From Amoebidium appalachense (Eukaryota > Protista > Ichthyosporea): a stretch of 64,000 nt of DNA. Shown in pieces: positions 1 to 13,060 of the stretch (position 1 is the first letter of the stretch; every line of letters starts with the position of its first letter). The stretch covers positions 7,627,794 through 7,691,793 of the forward strand of contig CAVNZM010000010.1 of the NCBI GenBank assembly GCA_963693365.1. The letters run 5' to 3'. The position numbers and the translations under genes were made by a program. Under the pieces are notes generated by a model that was not told the origin of the DNA, ran no database searches, and was given only the letters and a program-made list of their open reading frames with translations.

Positions 1-51
1 GGCCAACAATGCACAAACAGACACACACATACACATGCCCCCACTCACCGT

Positions 52-3000
52 CTACATGTAGCTGTAGTAGTGGCGGCCCTTCTGATAGCCCAGCTTTTCC
101 AGGTGCTCCTTCATGACCTTGCAGAACACAGGGGGCCCACACACCACCACTAGTGACTCATCCGTGGGGGGAGGCATATGCTGCTTGATGATCTCCGGGG
201 TAACAAACCCCACGCCCATAGTCCAGTTGGGGGGGGGCTCAACAAGCACATAGTGCAGGCGCAGGTGCGGGTGGTTTGCCTTGTGGTGCTCGAGGCGGTC
301 CTTTAGCAGAATCTCCTGTGTGTTCTTGACGGCATACACCAGGGATAGGTCGTAGTAGCCCTCATTGCCGGTCTTTGCCTCGTGGAGCAGGTGCGCTCTG
401 ATCAGCTGCAGCATGGGGGAGATGCCCGTGCCCCCCGCAAGCATGCCGATGCGCTTCTTGGTCCCCACCTGCACAATGGAGTCAGCACCTGGAACACTGC
501 CTCATGGCGGCTGTAGAAACAAACCCCTTTCGCTCGTAGACCAAGGCTTGCCACTCACGCTTCTCAATCTGACTCGCACCCCAACATTTGTCTCTCGAAA
601 GCTCTCCCCCCTCCCCCGCCCCCTCTCTCCCCCCCCCCCCCAAAAAAAGAGTCACTGCAGCCCCCTCTCTCTATCCTTTGTTCACGTTTCCTTCCCACCA
701 CACACATCTGCCTACCCCCCCCCCCCCCCCCCCCCTCCCCCTCCACACCCGATGACCATCCCCTCAAATCACAACGCGCACGCGCACACACACAAACACA
801 CACACAGACACACACACACTTCATAGTATCTGTCGTGGTACCGTCCTCTACATAACGGTTACCAACTACACACACATTCCTCTTTCCTAACCTATCTCTC
901 TATCACCCTTGCCACATTAACTCTCAGCTCCCACATGCCAGCTCACACACACGGTGACACACCTGCAGCTCCAGACCCGAGATCGGGCCTTTGAAGTCAA
1001 GGGTGTCACCGGGCTTCATTGCATCCATGTAGGCCGTCAGGGCACCGCCCGTGTCTGTCTTAATGACCATGTCGATGTGGCCCAGATCGTCGGCACGGCT
1101 GACGGGCGAGTAGTAGCGCACTATCTCCTCCCCGTTGATGGTCTTGCGCACGGCCACATACTGGCCCATCTCCAGCCCGGCCTGCAAGGCACTGGTTAGT
1201 TGTGTGCTTGACATGCATGTGTTCTAGCCTAGAACCAGGGGCACATTTGTGAGTGAGTGTGGGTGGTTTTTTTTTTGGTTTTTTTTTTGGGGGGGGGGGG
1301 TTTGAATGCGGAACACGGTACGAAGTGCGCTACACGACGAGAAGCATGGCGCAGGACATATGCAAAGGCAAACATTCAGGTATGCAACATCAGCCATGTG
1401 CACAGTATGCGTCATAAGAGGGGGGGGGGGGGGGTTAGCCTTCTTTCCTCTGTGATCCTTTATAGTCCTATTGTTTTGACTGCTTGTGGCTGTGTGGGTG
1501 TGGTGGTGGTTTTTTTTTTTTTTTTTTTTTTTTTTGGGGGGGGGGGGGGGGGGGGAGGTGGAGGGGGGGAAAGTAGCAAGTAGCATAACATCCTACATGA
1601 ATATGACCCGATTGTACTGCTGCTAACATATTTTAGACACAGGCAGCCATTCACACTTGCCTGGTGGTGGGGTGACGGCAGGTTGAAGCGGAACAGCTTC
1701 GTGGAGGGAGACAGCTGGATGGCAGCCCCGAGCTGAAGAGGCACAAAGGCCTTGGGGGACAGGGCAGGGATAGCCGGGTGGTAGTTTGCAGCTAGCTCCC
1801 CAGAAATACGACCAAACACCACAGCCTCCAGCAAAGCATTGCCCGGGATACGGTGGTCTCCCTGCACGTTGGCGGCAATCTCGCCTGCGGCAAACAGCCC
1901 AGGCACGTGGGTCATGGTCTGCTCACGGATGACCTGTGCATACTGGTTGGTGGCCACACCCCCCACGGTGTAGTGGAGGGCGGGGGTGATGCACCCAGCA
2001 TAGAGCTTGTCGTAGGGGGAGTAGTTGGTGGGCATGTTGGTGCGGCCCAGGGGGTCTGTGGCCTGGCCCCGTGCAATCTTAGACACCTCGACGAAGGTGT
2101 CTGTCAGGCCCTGCTGGTCGATCTTGAGGTCCTTGCACAAATCCTCCAGGCCGTTGTACTCTCTCATCTGGCCCTCGGCCACATAGTTGCGCACTAGGCC
2201 CTCACACGGATATGCTGCTGCCTGGTTGAGAATGATAAAGGCACACGGCAGGTCTCTGCCTGCAGGGCCGAACGGGTGGGGCTGGCCCTTTTCCTTGATG
2301 GTGTTCACGAGGGAATCCTTGACGTCGACCTCATTGACAAACCGCTTGCCGTCCGGAAGCACCAAAAGGCCACCGTGAATGCGGAGGGGCTCCTGGGCAA
2401 TCCACTTCTCCTTGACCCCGGGGTCCTTGGGGTCAATGAAGGTGGTGGGGTGCAGCGAAACCTTGTCCATGTGCACTAGAAGCACCCCAATGTCCTGCAG
2501 CAGCCGGATGCCCGACCCAGACCCCACCTCTCCGAACGTGCGGGGCATGGCTGCAACCTCCGGCCCGCAGAATTTCGTCAAAAGGTCCTCGGCGCTGTTG
2601 TAACCCCCCGTGGCAACGACAACGGCATCACAGTACAGTTTCACCGTCGACACCTTGCCGCTTGGCCGTGTGGTGGTGTACGTGACCCCCGTCACACGGT
2701 CACCCCCCGTGGGGTCTGCCTCGGTCAGCAACTTCTCGACCGAGACGTTTGTGATGATGCGGATGCTCTCGCTTTCCAGAATCTTCTGCTCCAGTGCACT
2801 ACGCACGGCCTGGCCAAGATCCGGGTTGGTGGCCATATGGGTGCGGGGGATGGTGGAGCCGCTGGACTTGTGCACACGCACAAAATTCAGGCCCAGGGTG
2901 TCTGTGAGGAAGCTGTGGAGGTCGGGGTTTGATGCCTCTCGGGCAAGCTGCTCGACAATGCGGGTGTTCTCGGAGGAACCCCCGGCAGACAGATCCTTGA

Positions 3001-4237
3001 CATAGTCCTCCACTGAGTCTTTGATGCCCAGCTCCTCCTGGCAAGTGGGTGTTGGGTTCATAATTGGATTTATATGTTGGAATGGCACACAAGAGTAATG
3101 CAATTTTTGGCTGGCTTGTGTGTGCTGTCGTGACTAAATATCGGGAACAGGCCTGGACGTGTCTTTGTGAGATGCAAGGAAGGGAACAAAGCAGTCAGAA
3201 TGAGCAAGTGGGGGTGTTCAGCAATGTGAATTTGGTGTGTTTTGGCGGAAGTGGTGGTGGTGGTGGTGGTCGTTGGGGGATGGGGGGGGGATATGGCGCA
3301 GAGTACACAAACTTGTCGTGTGAGAGTATGCAAAGCCCAGACGGATGGGTGGGGTGGTGTGTCTGTGTGTTTGTGTGTGTGTGTGTGTTGGGGGGGGGGG
3401 GGAGGGGAGGGGGGGGGGGGGGGGTTGTGTGTGTGTGTGTGTGTGTGTTGGGGGGAGGAGAGGGGGGGGGGGGGGGGGGGGTTGAATGCGGAACACAGTA
3501 CGAAGTACACATACACGATGACAAGCATGGTGCAGGACACATGCAAAGGCAAACATTCAAGTATGCAACATCAGCCATGCGCACAGTATGCGTCATAAGC
3601 AGAGCCCATCCTCAGGGAGGGCCCAAGTCATCAATTGCGTCTGAGTTTCGACCCCTTAGCCCGCGTATATACGACGCTCCTACTCAGACAGCAGCATCAA
3701 CTGAACTTGGGTGGGTCAACCCGTCTTGATCAAAGAGCAGGGTTGCTTATGCAAGCAAGGTGAGCAAAACGGTGAAAATGTGTGTGCAAACTAATGCAGT
3801 GCAGCGAAAAATGTGTATGTGCTTACAGATGCACGACACAGAGCAACCATGCCCGGTTGCATGGAAGTAAAGAGGGGGGGGGGGGGGGGGGGCTGTGCAC
3901 ACGTGCATGCATTATAAATGGATGTGGATAACATGGACAAAGGGAAGTTAAAAGAGAAAGAGGACGCAAGGTAGCAGGATAATAAAGTAAGAAAACAAGC
4001 ATGGCACAGTGACCAATGCACTAGCAAAAAGCACCGGCCCCTGGTGAATATTCCTCCCTTTCCCCCCTCCCCCCCCAACAAACACACACACGCACACACA
4101 TGATGTGTGGTATCAGCACAAGAAGGCTGATGCGCCACTAACATGCATATGCATGGAGGAGAAGATGTATATGCATACTGTTCAGGTGTGTTTCCATGCA
4201 CGTTGCTTGTGTATGTGGGCGCTTGGTGCCATTGCGC

Positions 4238-4284
<47 letters not shown>

Positions 4285-6045
4285 CGTGGTGGTGGTTAGG
4301 GGGAGGGGAGGGGAGGGGGGAAGGGGGGTTTGAATAAGGGGGAAGGGTGGGGGTGGGAGGGGGGAGGAGAAGGAGGTAGAGAAAAATGTCAGGGGGGCAG
4401 GCTTGAATGCAGTTCATTCATCAACAAGCTAGAATGTTATCCATCCACCAGAATAAAAAAACACGCCAAAAACTGTTCGTGCCTGTTTGATTACGGTGGG
4501 GAGATGGAAAAGGAATAGTAGAGGTGGAGGGACAGCAACTGCAGAAATGCAGAATCTTTGTAGCTGGTGGGTAAGGGGCTGTGCAACATGCTGTGAAGGG
4601 GTGGTGGGGAAGTGGCGCGGGGGGGGGGGGGGGGGGGGGGGATTGTGGTAAAACACAACAGGAGAGTGTTGTGCATGCAGTGCCACCCAAGCCAGCACGA
4701 GGATGTGGGTTTGGTCACAGCTCATTCGAAGGAAACAGGCCAGATGGGGAGAGAGGGAGGGGGAGGGGGGAAGGGGGGAAAGGGGGGCAAGTGGTATGAC
4801 TGTCACACATAGGTACAAAGATGCACTAGGGATATCACAGAGAAAGACCTGCACAACGAAAAGACACAAGCAGTGTTAGTGCTCAATATAATTCCAGGTC
4901 ATGGTGAGAGAGCAAGGTGTGGACGAGAAATAGAAAGGAGAGCGTGCAATCGGGGAGAAGGGGGGGTGGGAGGGGTCGGGGGTGGCCGGGGGGGGGGGGG
5001 GGGGGGGGGGGGAGAGGGGGGTTGGGGGAGAAAGAGAAAGAGAGAGAGGGTACATCAAGTCAATGTTGTTGAGAGTGTGCTTGTTTTTGTTGTGACCGGC
5101 ACGAGAAGGCACAATTGGGTCCAGGGTATAGGTGCCAGGGCAAGGAGGAGGAAGGAGAGAGCTAAAGGGACGAAGGCAAGGGTGGAGGGAGGGGGGGGTT
5201 TGAATGCGTTATAAAGTACGAAGTACATAATGAACAACGGATAACATGATGCAGAGTGCAAACCATATATAAAGATCATGCATAATAAGCAGAACCCATC
5301 CTTTGGGCGGGCCCATTTCCGGGGGGGGGGGGGGGGGGGGGTTTGAATGCGTCAAAAAGTACGAAGTACACAAGAACAAACGGATAACACGATGCAGAAT
5401 GCAAGCCATACATAAAGAGTATGCATAATAAGCAGAGCCCATCCTCAGGGGGGGCCCACGTCATCCACAGTACCCGAGTTTCGACCTATTCCCCTCGTTA
5501 ACGAAACCCAACTCAGATACTGTTGGGGGGAGGGGGGGTCTATAGGAAAAGAAGTGCCGATGGGCAGCTACACACATCAAATGAACGAATTGAAGTTCAG
5601 AATCAGGCAAGCACATGAAAACCTTACTTCATGGTGGGGATGGGTGGGGAGGGAGGTTGTTATTCAGGGTCTCCAACATTAGAGAATAATGAATGGCATT
5701 ATAGGATACTTTAGCAGTAGAGCGCAAAGAATGCAGTTGCAGGCACGGAGCGGGGATATGTATGTGGGGGGGGAAGGGGGGGGGGGGGGGGGGCGGATAG
5801 AAATGGGAGTGGGGAGAAATTGATTGCAATGGCATTTTTGTGTTTTTGTATGTGGTGTGTAGGTGTGTCTAGGCAAGATATGGGGTAAGAGATGGAGCTG
5901 AAGAGGGGGTAGGGGGGGAAGGGTGGGGGGGGGATGGGAAGGGGGGGGGGGGGGAGGGGGGAGGGGGAGGGGGGAGGGGGAGGGGGGGATATATTAGGAC
6001 TAGGCGGGTGGGAGGTCGAAGTGATGCAGCAGGGTTTTTTTTTTT

Positions 6046-6076
<31 letters not shown>

Positions 6077-7488
6077 GGAGGAAAGGGGGGGGGGGGGGGG
6101 GGGGGGGGAATGCCGAGGAGAGGGGAGAAGGGAGGGGAGAGGGTGTGCGTGTTTTTTTTGGGGGGGAGGGGGGGGAGGGGGGGACAAGGCCGAACAGAGC
6201 CGAGGTGGAACAACTGCAGCACAAAACACGAACACATCAGCCGGCAAACACCTGCTGCAGTGATTTGGCATAGGCCTGATCTAAACTAAAAACAACATAA
6301 AGCAAAAGGTGATTCAGTGCACACAGAAGCCGTTGGTACCTGAAGAGTTGTGCCGATTAGGTTGATGCTGACGGTGTGTGTCTGGTTGCAGGCGTGCTTG
6401 CCGCGGTCAAGAATGACCACGCTAGCACCCGCCTTATCAGCAGCAACAGCCGCACACATGCCCGTGATGGTGGCTCCAATAACCACCACCTTGTTATGCT
6501 TCATGTTGGACCGCGACACAGTAATGCGCTTGCCGTCCAGCTCAATACCGTCCAGCAGACGGACTGCGCTCTCAGCGGACTGCTCCTCGGTGAAGTAGAC
6601 GTAGGCATCATCTCGCCTCTGGCCCGTTGTGAAGTCCTTGTTTAGCTTCACATTGGTCACGCTCCCTGAGGGAAAGTGTTGTTTAGTATAGGCTCTTCAG
6701 CAAATCAACAAAATTCATCCTGTTTCTCCTCTACGTCAATACTTCTTATTGTATTACATGGTCATGGCACGAAAGAGCTCGTCAGAAAATTTTGCCCAAT
6801 AACCAACACCGAAAGCTGGCTCTCGATGGCAGTTGTGTTGTTGTAAAACATACGAATTTGGGTTTCAAAAACTCAGGCAAACCACGTAAGACCTCCCAAG
6901 GGAGCTATGGCCACCATCCAGCCGTGTACTTGTGTCCGAGATATCCGTTCTCATTTGGAAATTCTTGGTAAGAAGATTCCTTTTCATTGGTTAGCCAAAA
7001 CCACTTCACACGGCCTCGTACCATCCTAGCATAGGGCATCACTACCCTCTCCCCTCCGATTTCCGTATCCGCTTCGCTTCTCCGCCCTTTTATTCACCTC
7101 TACCCCAGTCCCTCCCTGTTCCCTCTCGAAGCTCCCTTTTGTCCCCCCAACGTGGCACCCAAAGTTGGCCACCCACCCACCCAGCGCCCACCCAATACCC
7201 TACCCAACCGCCACCACTATACCATCGCCCTCCCTATTCCTCCTTTTCACCCTTTTTGGGAAACCACATACCTATGGGCTCGAAAATGGAAGTCAGATCC
7301 TCGGCCGTGATGCTCTCGTCAAGGCCACTCACATGCACGGAGCAGTCCTGTCGCTTGACCTCTGAACCCATGCTTGTTCTAGATCCGGGTCCCTCTAAAG
7401 CCCGACGGCTTACGCGAGGAGAGGTGGGTGCCTTTGGTGGCCAACCCACACGTCCTGAGGACGTGGGAAAGTCAAATCGAGCAGCCAT
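52..7488 (-). CDS. RRM + flavocytochrome c/fumarate reductase-like (FAD_binding_2) + NADH-cytochrome b5 reductase-like fusion protein, ~851 aa, 5 exons
   Basis: Exons 7488-7272, 6665-6340, 3037-1661, 1181-963 and 468-52 join in frame (intron 3 is GC-AG). RRM: SVHVSGLDESITAEDLTSIFEPIG|SVTNVKLNKDFTTGQRRDDAYVYF...LDGKRITVSRS. Flavoprotein motifs: VVVIGATITG, GTTLQEELGIKDS, VVVATGG, LHPT, KRFVNE, HYTVGG, GLFAAGE, HRIPGNALLEAVVFGRISG. b5R motifs: RYYSP, KGP, GGTGISP, CGPP. Confidence 0.88.
1300..1418 (-). mobile_element. Poly(C)-flanked interspersed repeat, subfamily A (5'-truncated copy)
   Basis: Highly similar to 3481-3600 and to the reverse complement of 22615-22733. G-tracts lie on both sides on the + strand. 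Confidence 0.8.
3481..3711 (-). mobile_element. Poly(C)-tailed interspersed repeat, subfamily A, longest copy with long stem-loop
   Basis: It shares the 3' end GTACTTCGTAC...GCATTCAA(A)C-polyC. Stem arms are 3639-3646/3682-3689 and 3622-3628/3705-3711. Confidence 0.8.
5198..5524 (-). mobile_element. Two head-to-tail copies of poly(C)-flanked repeat, subfamily B (5198-5320, 5341-5524)
   Basis: Each copy begins GTTTGAATGCG on + after a G-run, and a G tract separates the copies. They share ATAAGCAGAxCCCATCCT with subfamily A; the second copy also shares GAGTTTCGAC. Confidence 0.8.
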
Positions 7489-10400
7489 CTATGCGTCTTC
7501 TCTGCGATCTCGAATAGAAAACAACCTCTGGAACTGTGTTTCTGAGTGGCTCTGCCGGATGCACATACATGACTGGAAGAAAAATGTTGTTGCCAGCCTT
7601 TTTGTTCGGTTGCTGCAAGCACATGATTGGTGGGTAAAGCGCATGGAACAGGTAGGGTTTGAAATGACTAGCAGCTACATGGCTTCGTCGTGGTTATGGT
7701 GAATATGGTTTATGTAAATTTATTGTACATACAAGTTAAGTTCTAATTAACACATTATTGGCTAATATACTGATTTAATGCCTTATTTGAGGAGCTGTAA
7801 TGTAGAATAGGCTATAGAGTTTAAAAAGGCACCGGCTAATTTTCGAACATTTCGATTCATGGGTTGGGCGCCTGTGATTGGTGTCCTAGTGGTTTGGCTG
7901 GAAAGATGGGCAAAATAGAATCCCTCTGGAATGTTTGAACCTGATGAAAGCCACATACAATATACGTAACACTAGGTAGATAGGTAATGAATAATCTTTC
8001 TAATAAATTTTGATAACACGATATTTGTCTCATAATTGTTATTACTTTAGACCGCTCAAACATGTGTTCCATAATTGATGAAATACAGCGAATCGACCTG
8101 CGAGTGAAATATTGTTGTTATCATTATTTTGCCCCCTTCTGCTTCTGGTGCATTCGGTCTGAATTTCCATTTATGGCAAGTAATTCTTTGAGTCTCCCCT
8201 TGCGCGACAAACTTTTTCATTTTTCATTCACTACGAACAGAAAACCCTGAAAAAACTGCCAACTGAAAAGGTTTTGATTGATGCATGCCCTCGTTTTGTA
8301 GTTGCGTCAGAGTTAAAATAAAACGCATAAAACTTCAAGTTTTTTGAAACGCACTATGTTTTGCCATGCTCTCAGTCTTGGGTCTGGATATTATTTAATA
8401 ATAAGAACTTGGTCCTGGGCACCTTTTGTGTTCTAGATCTATGTGGGGGGTTTACGCTGTTTACTCGAGGCAAAGAGAACCAGTCTCAGGTATGGGGGGG
8501 GGGGGTTTTGCTCGGAATATCGAGCTCTAGCTGGCAACCATGTAAATGGTCGACATTGGAGGTTTCGCTGGATCCGCGCCCACCCTCCTCCCCCCACCCA
8601 CCCACCCACCCACCCACCCTTTCCCCAGCACGTAATTGCCAAACATCTCTCGCCCTTACCCCACCCACCAACCTGTATTCGTTAATGTCAAGAACTATCA
8701 GGGGCAACACATGCATTAACGTGCTCTCCCGCCTGTGCCGTGTTCGTGTGCGTGTGTATGTGGAGGAATGTATGCCACAATGTATGATGTATCAATTTTT
8801 GTGCTTTCTTGTGTTTGTGTGCTTGTCGTCTGGTGCCCTCATGTGTGTTTCCCACGGAAACATCGTGTTGTTGACGAATGCAGCAGTGCGTTTCCACAAA
8901 ATCGCAAGCATGTCTGTGTGTGTATGTGTGTAATGCTGTATGACACTGTCTAAGCGTGTGTGTTTATGTGTGCACGCATGCGCAGGCGTGTGTGCCACGG
9001 TGTCACAGTGTTCTTGTGTGTGGATATGGTACTGTGAGCGTGCCCAGCTATTCAATGCCTGTTACGGTACTCTTGCTTGCCCACGTGTAAGTTGTGTGTG
9101 CTTTCTGTGACATGTTTGTGTGTGTGAGCCTGCGTGTGATGATGTTGTTGGCGAAGTGTGCGCCCACGTGTGTCCACTAGATAGGGGGGAGGGGAAAGGG
9201 GGGGAAAGGGGGGAAAGAGAGAGACTCGGCGGCGGCGGGTCGGGCGGGCAGGGGGATGTGTGCGCGCGTGTGTGCATGGCTGCTTGTGTGTGTGTGCACA
9301 TGAGTCCCGGTCTTCCTCTTGCCAGCATCTCTTTTGAATGCCGATACGTGAGGACTTTGGGTGCACAGTACACTCTTGTGTGTGTTTCACATTAGTGAAG
9401 TGGTAAGTGTATGTATGTGCATCAAATCCCTTTCACGGTGCAGGTGCGTATCGTTTCTCAGTGCACCTCGTAAAAATGCTCGTGTGGTTCATGTGTATGT
9501 AGGTACGCGTGGGAAAAACGTATAAAAGTGTGTATGTGTGCGCGTGTGGTGCTGTGCGATGGGGAGACTGGAGACGGCCCCCCTCCAGAGGCTGGAAGGG
9601 GGACGGGGGTGGAGAGGGGGGAGTGGCTACGGTGGTGGTGTAGCCGGAGTTTCATGTGATCAAGGACTCCTTAGCTTCACTGCTTACGTTTTGGAAATGT
9701 ATATAAACCACTGTTAAATCATAGTACTCTCCTCTGCCAGCCTCTGGGATGGATGGGTCCCCCCCGGCCCTCCCACTCTCCCCTCCCCCCGTCCCCCCCA
9801 CCCTCCACCCCTAACCGTTGTGGGTTGCATGCCTGGTGGTCCCTTTCCCCCCTCCTCCCTTCCCCCCTCCTCCTCCCCCCTCCTTCCCTGTTTGCAAGCC
9901 TGAAGAATGGGTGCTCCCCCCCCCCCCCCCCCCCCCCCGGCCACCGCAGCCCTAGTTACTACTTTACCCCCCTCCCCCTTCCCCTCCCCCTCCCCCCCCT
10001 CCCCCCCCCCCCCCCCCCCCGCCTTGCTTTTGAACAAGCTTTTCCTTAACCTTTTCACCTCAGTGTCGTTTGTAAATTCAGTAAGTGGTCTAATGGATGA
10101 ACTAATATGGTTTGAAAGTAAACGGTGTCTTTGGAGCATGTAGGATTGAATCAAAGGTGTGTCATGGCGTGCAAGTGTTGGATGGATGTTGAGTCATGCC
10201 AAATCGTGATGTTAATACACACAGATCAAACACAAACACCTTAACACCACGCGTAAACAGAGAGGTAGAGCCCCCCCGAAACCCAAACCACACATACACA
10301 CACACCCAACACACACACAGCCAGCATGCCCAAACTGCAGACACACCCACAGAACCAACCAACCATGTAACACTCGTCTCCTAGACCACTACACCGTAGC

Positions 10401-10967
10401 CACCCTCTATGTACAACACCATATTCTGCTAGGTAGCAACCCACCACCACCAGACTCCACCATACATGAATATCCAACGTAAGCCCCACCCACACCACAC
10501 CACATACAGGTACCAAATACCAAAACACTCTATAGCCACATGATAAACACACTCGAATTGCAGTTCAAAGGCGGCCTATTGAATTGCAGTTCAAAGGCAG
10601 CTTAGGACACAGAGACACACAAACAGGTGGTGCATGGCGACACACACAAATTTTAGATCTAATCACCCAGATGCACCCGCTTGAGCCTGCGCTTGCGCGC
10701 ACACACAACTGTTAGCAATGCGAAAAGTTACATGACGAATCAGTGCCTCTCATTTTTTTCTCTCTGAGACTCTCTCTCTCTTTCTCTCGCTCTCTTCTCC
10801 CCCCTCTCCCCCCACCCTCGCCCCTCCCCCTCTCTCTCCCCCTCCCCCGCTCCTCGGCCCGTGCTGCTCAATTGCAAACCCCAATTCCCTCTAAACAACG
10901 TTGGGCAAACACACAAGAAGAACAGTCTGAGATCAGCAGTCGTTCCTTCTAACCCATGAAGTCCTAG

Positions 10968-11019
<52 letters not shown>

Positions 11020-11317
11020 ACACACACACCACCCACCCACACACACACACACACACAAAAAAAAAAAAAACACTGCCTGACAATCAAGGGAAACCTTCTT
11101 AGGCCTGTGAGCATGCTTTTGTTTACCAGGTTTTGTCCTTTTGCAAGGTGACTGGTGTAACAGTAAGCTGAGCTGCACACCGTGTTCCTTCTTCACGATA
11201 TGATATATATTATGCATATTTAGCAGACCAAAAAAAAAGGTCAAAGCCGGGAAGACCTTGATTTCTGAGACCGACCACATAAGTGCATTATCCCCCCCCC
11301 CCCCCCCCCCCCCCCCC

Positions 11318-11566
11318 CACCACCACCACCACCACCACCACCACCACCACCACCGCCCCAAAGGGGAAAAAAAAAAAAAAAAAACGCCACCCATCTACAG
11401 ATTGTATACACACCTCACCGACACAGCCTCTGGGGGGACCCCCCCACCACCACCACCACCACCACCACCACCACCGCCCCAAAGGGGAAAAAAAAAAAAA
11501 AAAAAAACGCCACCCATCTACAGATTGTATACACACCTCACCGACACAGCCTCTGGGGGGACCCCC
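11318..11566. repeat. Tandem duplication of a ~123-bp unit containing (CAC)n and poly-A
   Basis: CGCCCCAAAGGGG-An-CGCCACCCATCTACAGATTGTATACACACCTCACCGACACAGCCTCTGGGGGGACCCCC occurs twice. Confidence 0.85.
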
Positions 11567-11733
11567 GGGGGGGGGGGGGGGGGGGGGAGCCTTGGGGGGT
11601 GGGGGAGGTGGGGGGGGGGGGGGGGGATTCCGTTCTTGTGAATAGCTTGCTTACAAATGTCATGAGGCAACAGGTCGGTGCTTAGACATCCACCAAATGA
11701 CGTCTTTCATTCATTTAGTATGCTTCAGGAAAT

Positions 11734-11792
<59 letters not shown>

Positions 11793-13060
11793 CCCACACA
11801 CACACACACATGTACACACTCCTGTACTAATTCCAGTAACACTCACTCACACACATTACCACCACCACCTCCTCCTCCACCTCCACCACCGTGCCACCAC
11901 TCACGTTCACAACACATGCATGCAAGAGTCTGGCGAAGTGTTTTGCGCCACTCATGCGCGCACCCAACTTAAATAAAACTCACACACAGTGTTTGTCACG
12001 GTGATCAGAATCGCTAACACCACTCACACTCAATATAAATATGCAACCCCACCTTCCACGGCCAGCGTACCACTGGCACCTGTTACCGTACATGCTGGTC
12101 CACTCACATATCCGTGGGTTGGCCAAGTTCTGCCACGGCGTTCACGGCCGTGGTCCCGTGCCCACTTAAGCTTGCCCCTTGTCCCCCCCCCCCTTCACCA
12201 TCCCATGGAAGCATTGCTCTCTCCTGAGGGCCACTGCAGATCTGTCCCTCCCCTCCTGCACAGGTCTAATATGATCATGCCCATAATCGTACGTAACAAT
12301 TGCAACCATCGTATGAACTAGTCACTTTGAGTGCTGTCTCCCTGCGGCCCGGCTCAACACACCTTGTATGTTGCCGCAGGCGACAGTCACTAGACAAAGT
12401 GTCTGATTGCGCATACAAATTTAAATCTACAGCAGATGGTTGGTTAAAAGTCGCAATAATAATTTAACGCCGCGTTCCTATTGCCCAGCTGGAGACGTCC
12501 CGCGGCGTAGTAGTGCTCAGCCACTTACGTAAGCCAGTGGGTCAGCCTTGGAGACTAAGTATGAACATGTATACACACGGTGCACATGAAGTGCATATGC
12601 ACGAACCCTTCCTTTTCACTGCCAAATCATCCTTATATTCGTGCCCCCGAAGCGTTTACAACACTGCACGTGTTTATTTTGATGGCATGAATCCCATCAT
12701 AATAGTCGGGCATTCGACGGCACAGCCACTCGAACTAGACTAGATATAGTTGTGGTAGTGTGTAAACCATATATTCTACTGGGAGCAAATACACAGTACA
12801 TCATACAATGCAGCACAGCTGCATGCTCTTTCCGATCATTGAGATTATTTTTTGAGCTACTGGTATGTACATAGGGCACACAGGCTGGGAGTGCAATAAT
12901 AGTATTTTCTGTTGCCCGCAACCTGCATAAACCATATTTGGGCACTTTAACCTCGAGATTCATACATCTTCAGCACATTGTAAACTAGAGAGTTATCCGC
13001 ATATCCACCCATACCCTACGGGCTAATAAACAATAGAATATCTCAAAAATAAAAAGAAAT

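Noticed and set aside
7139-7702. 187-aa plus-strand ORF
   Set aside because: It is antisense to exon 1 of the RRM-FRD gene and has no recognisable motif.
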